From the IMG/VR virus record IMGVR_UViG_3300017709_000019, positions 1-30,973 of that record: 30,973 nucleotides of DNA; one strand, written 5' to 3'. Below are positions 29,383-30,973 of the stretch, piece by piece; the first letter of the stretch is position 1, and each line of letters begins with the position of its first letter. This DNA comes from a virus. The notes beneath the pieces were generated by a model that worked only from the letters and a program-made list of their open reading frames with translations, was not told where the DNA came from and did no database searches. A program made the translations under genes and the position numbers.

Positions 29383-30973
29383 GTAAAGAAGTAATTGTAA
29401 CGGTAAAAGCAGACACAAAAAACGCTCAAACTAACGTAAAAGATTTAAACAAAGATTTAAAAGAAACTAAAGGTGATTTATCTGGTGTTGAGAATTTAGC
29501 AGATAAAGCTACTGGTGGGTTAATTAGCGGTTTTAAGGGTGTTACATCTACTATTGGTGGAGTTGTAAAAGGTTTTAAAACTATGCGAATGGCAATTATT
29601 GCTACAGGTATAGGTGCTTTGGTTATTGCTGTTTCATCATTAATGGCTGCATTTACATCAAGTGAAGAAGGTGCAAATAAGTTTAATAAAATACTTGGTG
29701 TTCTTGGTGCTGTAGTAGATAACTTTATTGATTTACTTGCAGATTTTGGAGAGGCAATAATATCAGCTTTTGAAAACCCAAAAGAAGCTTTAATGTCATT
29801 TGTTAACTTATTAAAAAATCAAGTAGTTAACAGAATTACTGGCTTAATGGAGTTAATACCTCAGCTTGGTAAAGCAGTTCAATTAGTTTTTGAAGGTGAA
29901 TTTTCTGAAGCTGGAAAAGTAGCAACAAACGCAGTTGGCAAAGTAGCATTAGGTGTTGAAGATGTTACTGAAAAAATACAAGCAGCAACACAAGCTACAA
30001 AAGAATTTATTGAAGAAAATATAAAAGATGCTGAAGGAGCAGCAAGGGTTGCTGATATGCGAGCAAAAGCAACTAAACTTGAAAGAGAATTATTGGTTGA
30101 ACGTTCTAAGTTAGAAAGTGAAATTGCAAACTTAAGATTAAAATCAAGACAGGAAGAAGAGTTTGGAGTAGCAGAAAGAAAACAAGCTTTATTAGATGCA
30201 CAAAAATTAGAAGACCAATTATTGCAAAAAGAAACAGAGGTTTTAAAATTAAGAAGAGATGCGCAAGTAGAAGAAAATACTTTTGCAAGAAGTAGTGTAG
30301 AAAATCTTGATAAAGAAGCACAAGCAATAGCAGCAGTTAACAGAATAGCAGCAACAAGGGCTAATCAACAAAGAACTACACAAAGAGAGTTAAACACTCT
30401 TAATAAACAAATACAAGCAGAAAACAAAAGAATTGCTAATGAGAAAAAAGCTCAAGATGATGCAGAATTAAAAAGAAAACAAGAAGCACTTGAAGCAGAT
30501 AGAAAAGCACTTGCAATTAAAAAAGCAGCAGAAGAAAAAGCAGAACAAGAAGAATTAGTTAGAAAAGAACAACAATTTAATTTATTACAAAAACTAACTA
30601 ATACAGCACAAGAGCAAGAGCTTTTTGAATTAGCGCAACAATATGATAAAAAGTTTGAATTAGCTGTTGGTAACGCAGAACTTGAAAAAGCTTTACAAGA
30701 ACAACAACAAAAAGATTTAACAGCTATTGATAAAAAGTATAGTGAGCAAAGAGCTAAAAACGAATCTGATGCAACACAAAAATCACAACAAGAAAGATTA
30801 GATGCTTTTGAACAAGGTGCAAGAACAACAATGAATGCTTTAATTGCTATCAATGAATTAACACAAGCATTTGCAAAAGAAGATGAAGCAAGCCAAAAGA
30901 AAGCATTTGAAGTAAATAAAGCAATAGGAATAGCCAACGCAATAATAAATACTTCTGTTGGTGTTTCTAAAGC
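29379..30973 (+). CDS. Tape-measure-like protein, N-terminal part (runs off the window end; the full gene is 1914 nt, 637 aa, on the circular map)
   Basis: ATG 29379. Hydrophobic segment MRMAIIATGIGALVIAVSSLMAAF, then several hundred residues of E/K/Q/A-rich coiled coil. There is no stop before the window end, and the frame continues into 2..442. Confidence 0.7.
   Translation, partial: MSKEVIVTVKADTKNAQTNVKDLNKDLKETKGDLSGVENLADKATGGLISGFKGVTSTIGGVVKGFKTMRMAIIATGIGALVIAVSSLMAAFTSSEEGANKFNKILGVLGAVVDNFIDLLADFGEAIISAFENPKEALMSFVNLLKNQVVNRITGLMELIPQLGKAVQLVFEGEFSEAGKVATNAVGKVALGVEDVTEKIQAATQATKEFIEENIKDAEGAARVADMRAKATKLERELLVERSKLESEIANLRLKSRQEEEFGVAERKQALLDAQKLEDQLLQKETEVLKLRRDAQVEENTFARSSVENLDKEAQAIAAVNRIAATRANQQRTTQRELNTLNKQIQAENKRIANEKKAQDDAELKRKQEALEADRKALAIKKAAEEKAEQEELVRKEQQFNLLQKLTNTAQEQELFELAQQYDKKFELAVGNAELEKALQEQQQKDLTAIDKKYSEQRAKNESDATQKSQQERLDAFEQGARTTMNALIAINELTQAFAKEDEASQKKAFEVNKAIGIANAIINTSVGVSK
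30851..30973. repeat. Terminal overlap, exact copy of 1..123
   Basis: Direct reading of both window ends. Confidence 0.95.

Noticed and set aside
30452-30937. 161-aa minus-strand ORF (Ser/Ala/Cys/Phe-rich) and the other minus-strand ORFs in the track, for example 12620-13048, 5502-6044, 15489-15890, 22281-22643, 16788-17024 and 20075-20278.
   Set aside because: Each lies entirely antisense to a + strand gene with recognisable motifs or good coding character. Their translations are low-complexity (S/L/F/I-rich), as expected for the reverse complement of E/K/A-rich coding sequence. None has its own intergenic space or signals.
1-30973. Lysogeny module (integrase, CI/Cro-type repressor, attP), tRNA genes, and defence or anti-defence systems with recognisable signatures.
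   Set aside because: I could find no ORF with tyrosine or serine recombinase motifs and no cloverleaf-like tRNA sequence in the few intergenic gaps. The only regulator-like genes are the RHH protein and the sigma-like factor. This is absence of evidence from reading by eye, without an HMM or tRNAscan search.

Overview
The window is a complete tailed dsDNA phage genome that closes into a circle. Nt 1-123 are repeated exactly at 30851-30973, so the unique length is 30,850 bp. The repeat lies inside an ORF, so it is an assembly overlap and not a physical genome end. I call 48 protein genes, all on the + strand. They are tightly packed, with many ATGA or 4-20 nt start/stop overlaps. All minus-strand ORFs in the track look like shadows of + strand genes.

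The DNA is AT-rich and lacks obvious Shine-Dalgarno sequences. It carries TTTG-N19-TAnnTTTG type promoter boxes, and its tail fibre is built from Ig-like Cys-containing repeats of the kind seen in Bacteroidota adhesins. Together these point to a Flavobacteriia/Bacteroidota host (inference).

Modules on the circular map:
- Early/replication region (13176-21780): metallophosphoesterase, RHH regulator, PD-(D/E)XK exonuclease, SSB-tail protein, ThyA-like enzyme, MazG-like NTPase, nuclease, DUF1376-like protein, DnaB-like helicase, resolvase-like nuclease, ECF-like sigma factor.
- Packaging (21834-23361): terS-like and terL.
- A 560-bp regulatory hub (23362-23923) with three TATATTTG boxes and two strong terminators.
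- Virion genes (23924 across the junction to 11509): chaperone-like gene with a T9 slippery run, neck proteins, two large tail proteins, tape-measure-like protein, XkdF protease, scaffold, major capsid, tube-like protein, portal-MuF fusion, and two large LamG-bearing fibre proteins.
- Lysis cassette (11783-13139).

No integrase, tRNA, CRISPR array, polymerase or primase was recognised.

The most notable observations are:
- A thymidylate-synthase homologue carrying the Asn-to-Asp change diagnostic of dCMP-specific enzymes. It is coupled to a MazG-like NTPase and a nuclease in a very AT-rich island, which predicts cytosine modification.
- A candidate -1 frameshift.
- An HxH...aromatic-aromatic-Met-Pro mini-motif shared by the protease and the fibre.
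- A phage sigma factor with a candidate late promoter.
- A moron-like cassette and an ORF-less promoter-terminator unit.

All functional calls rest on motif recognition by eye. No database search was run.
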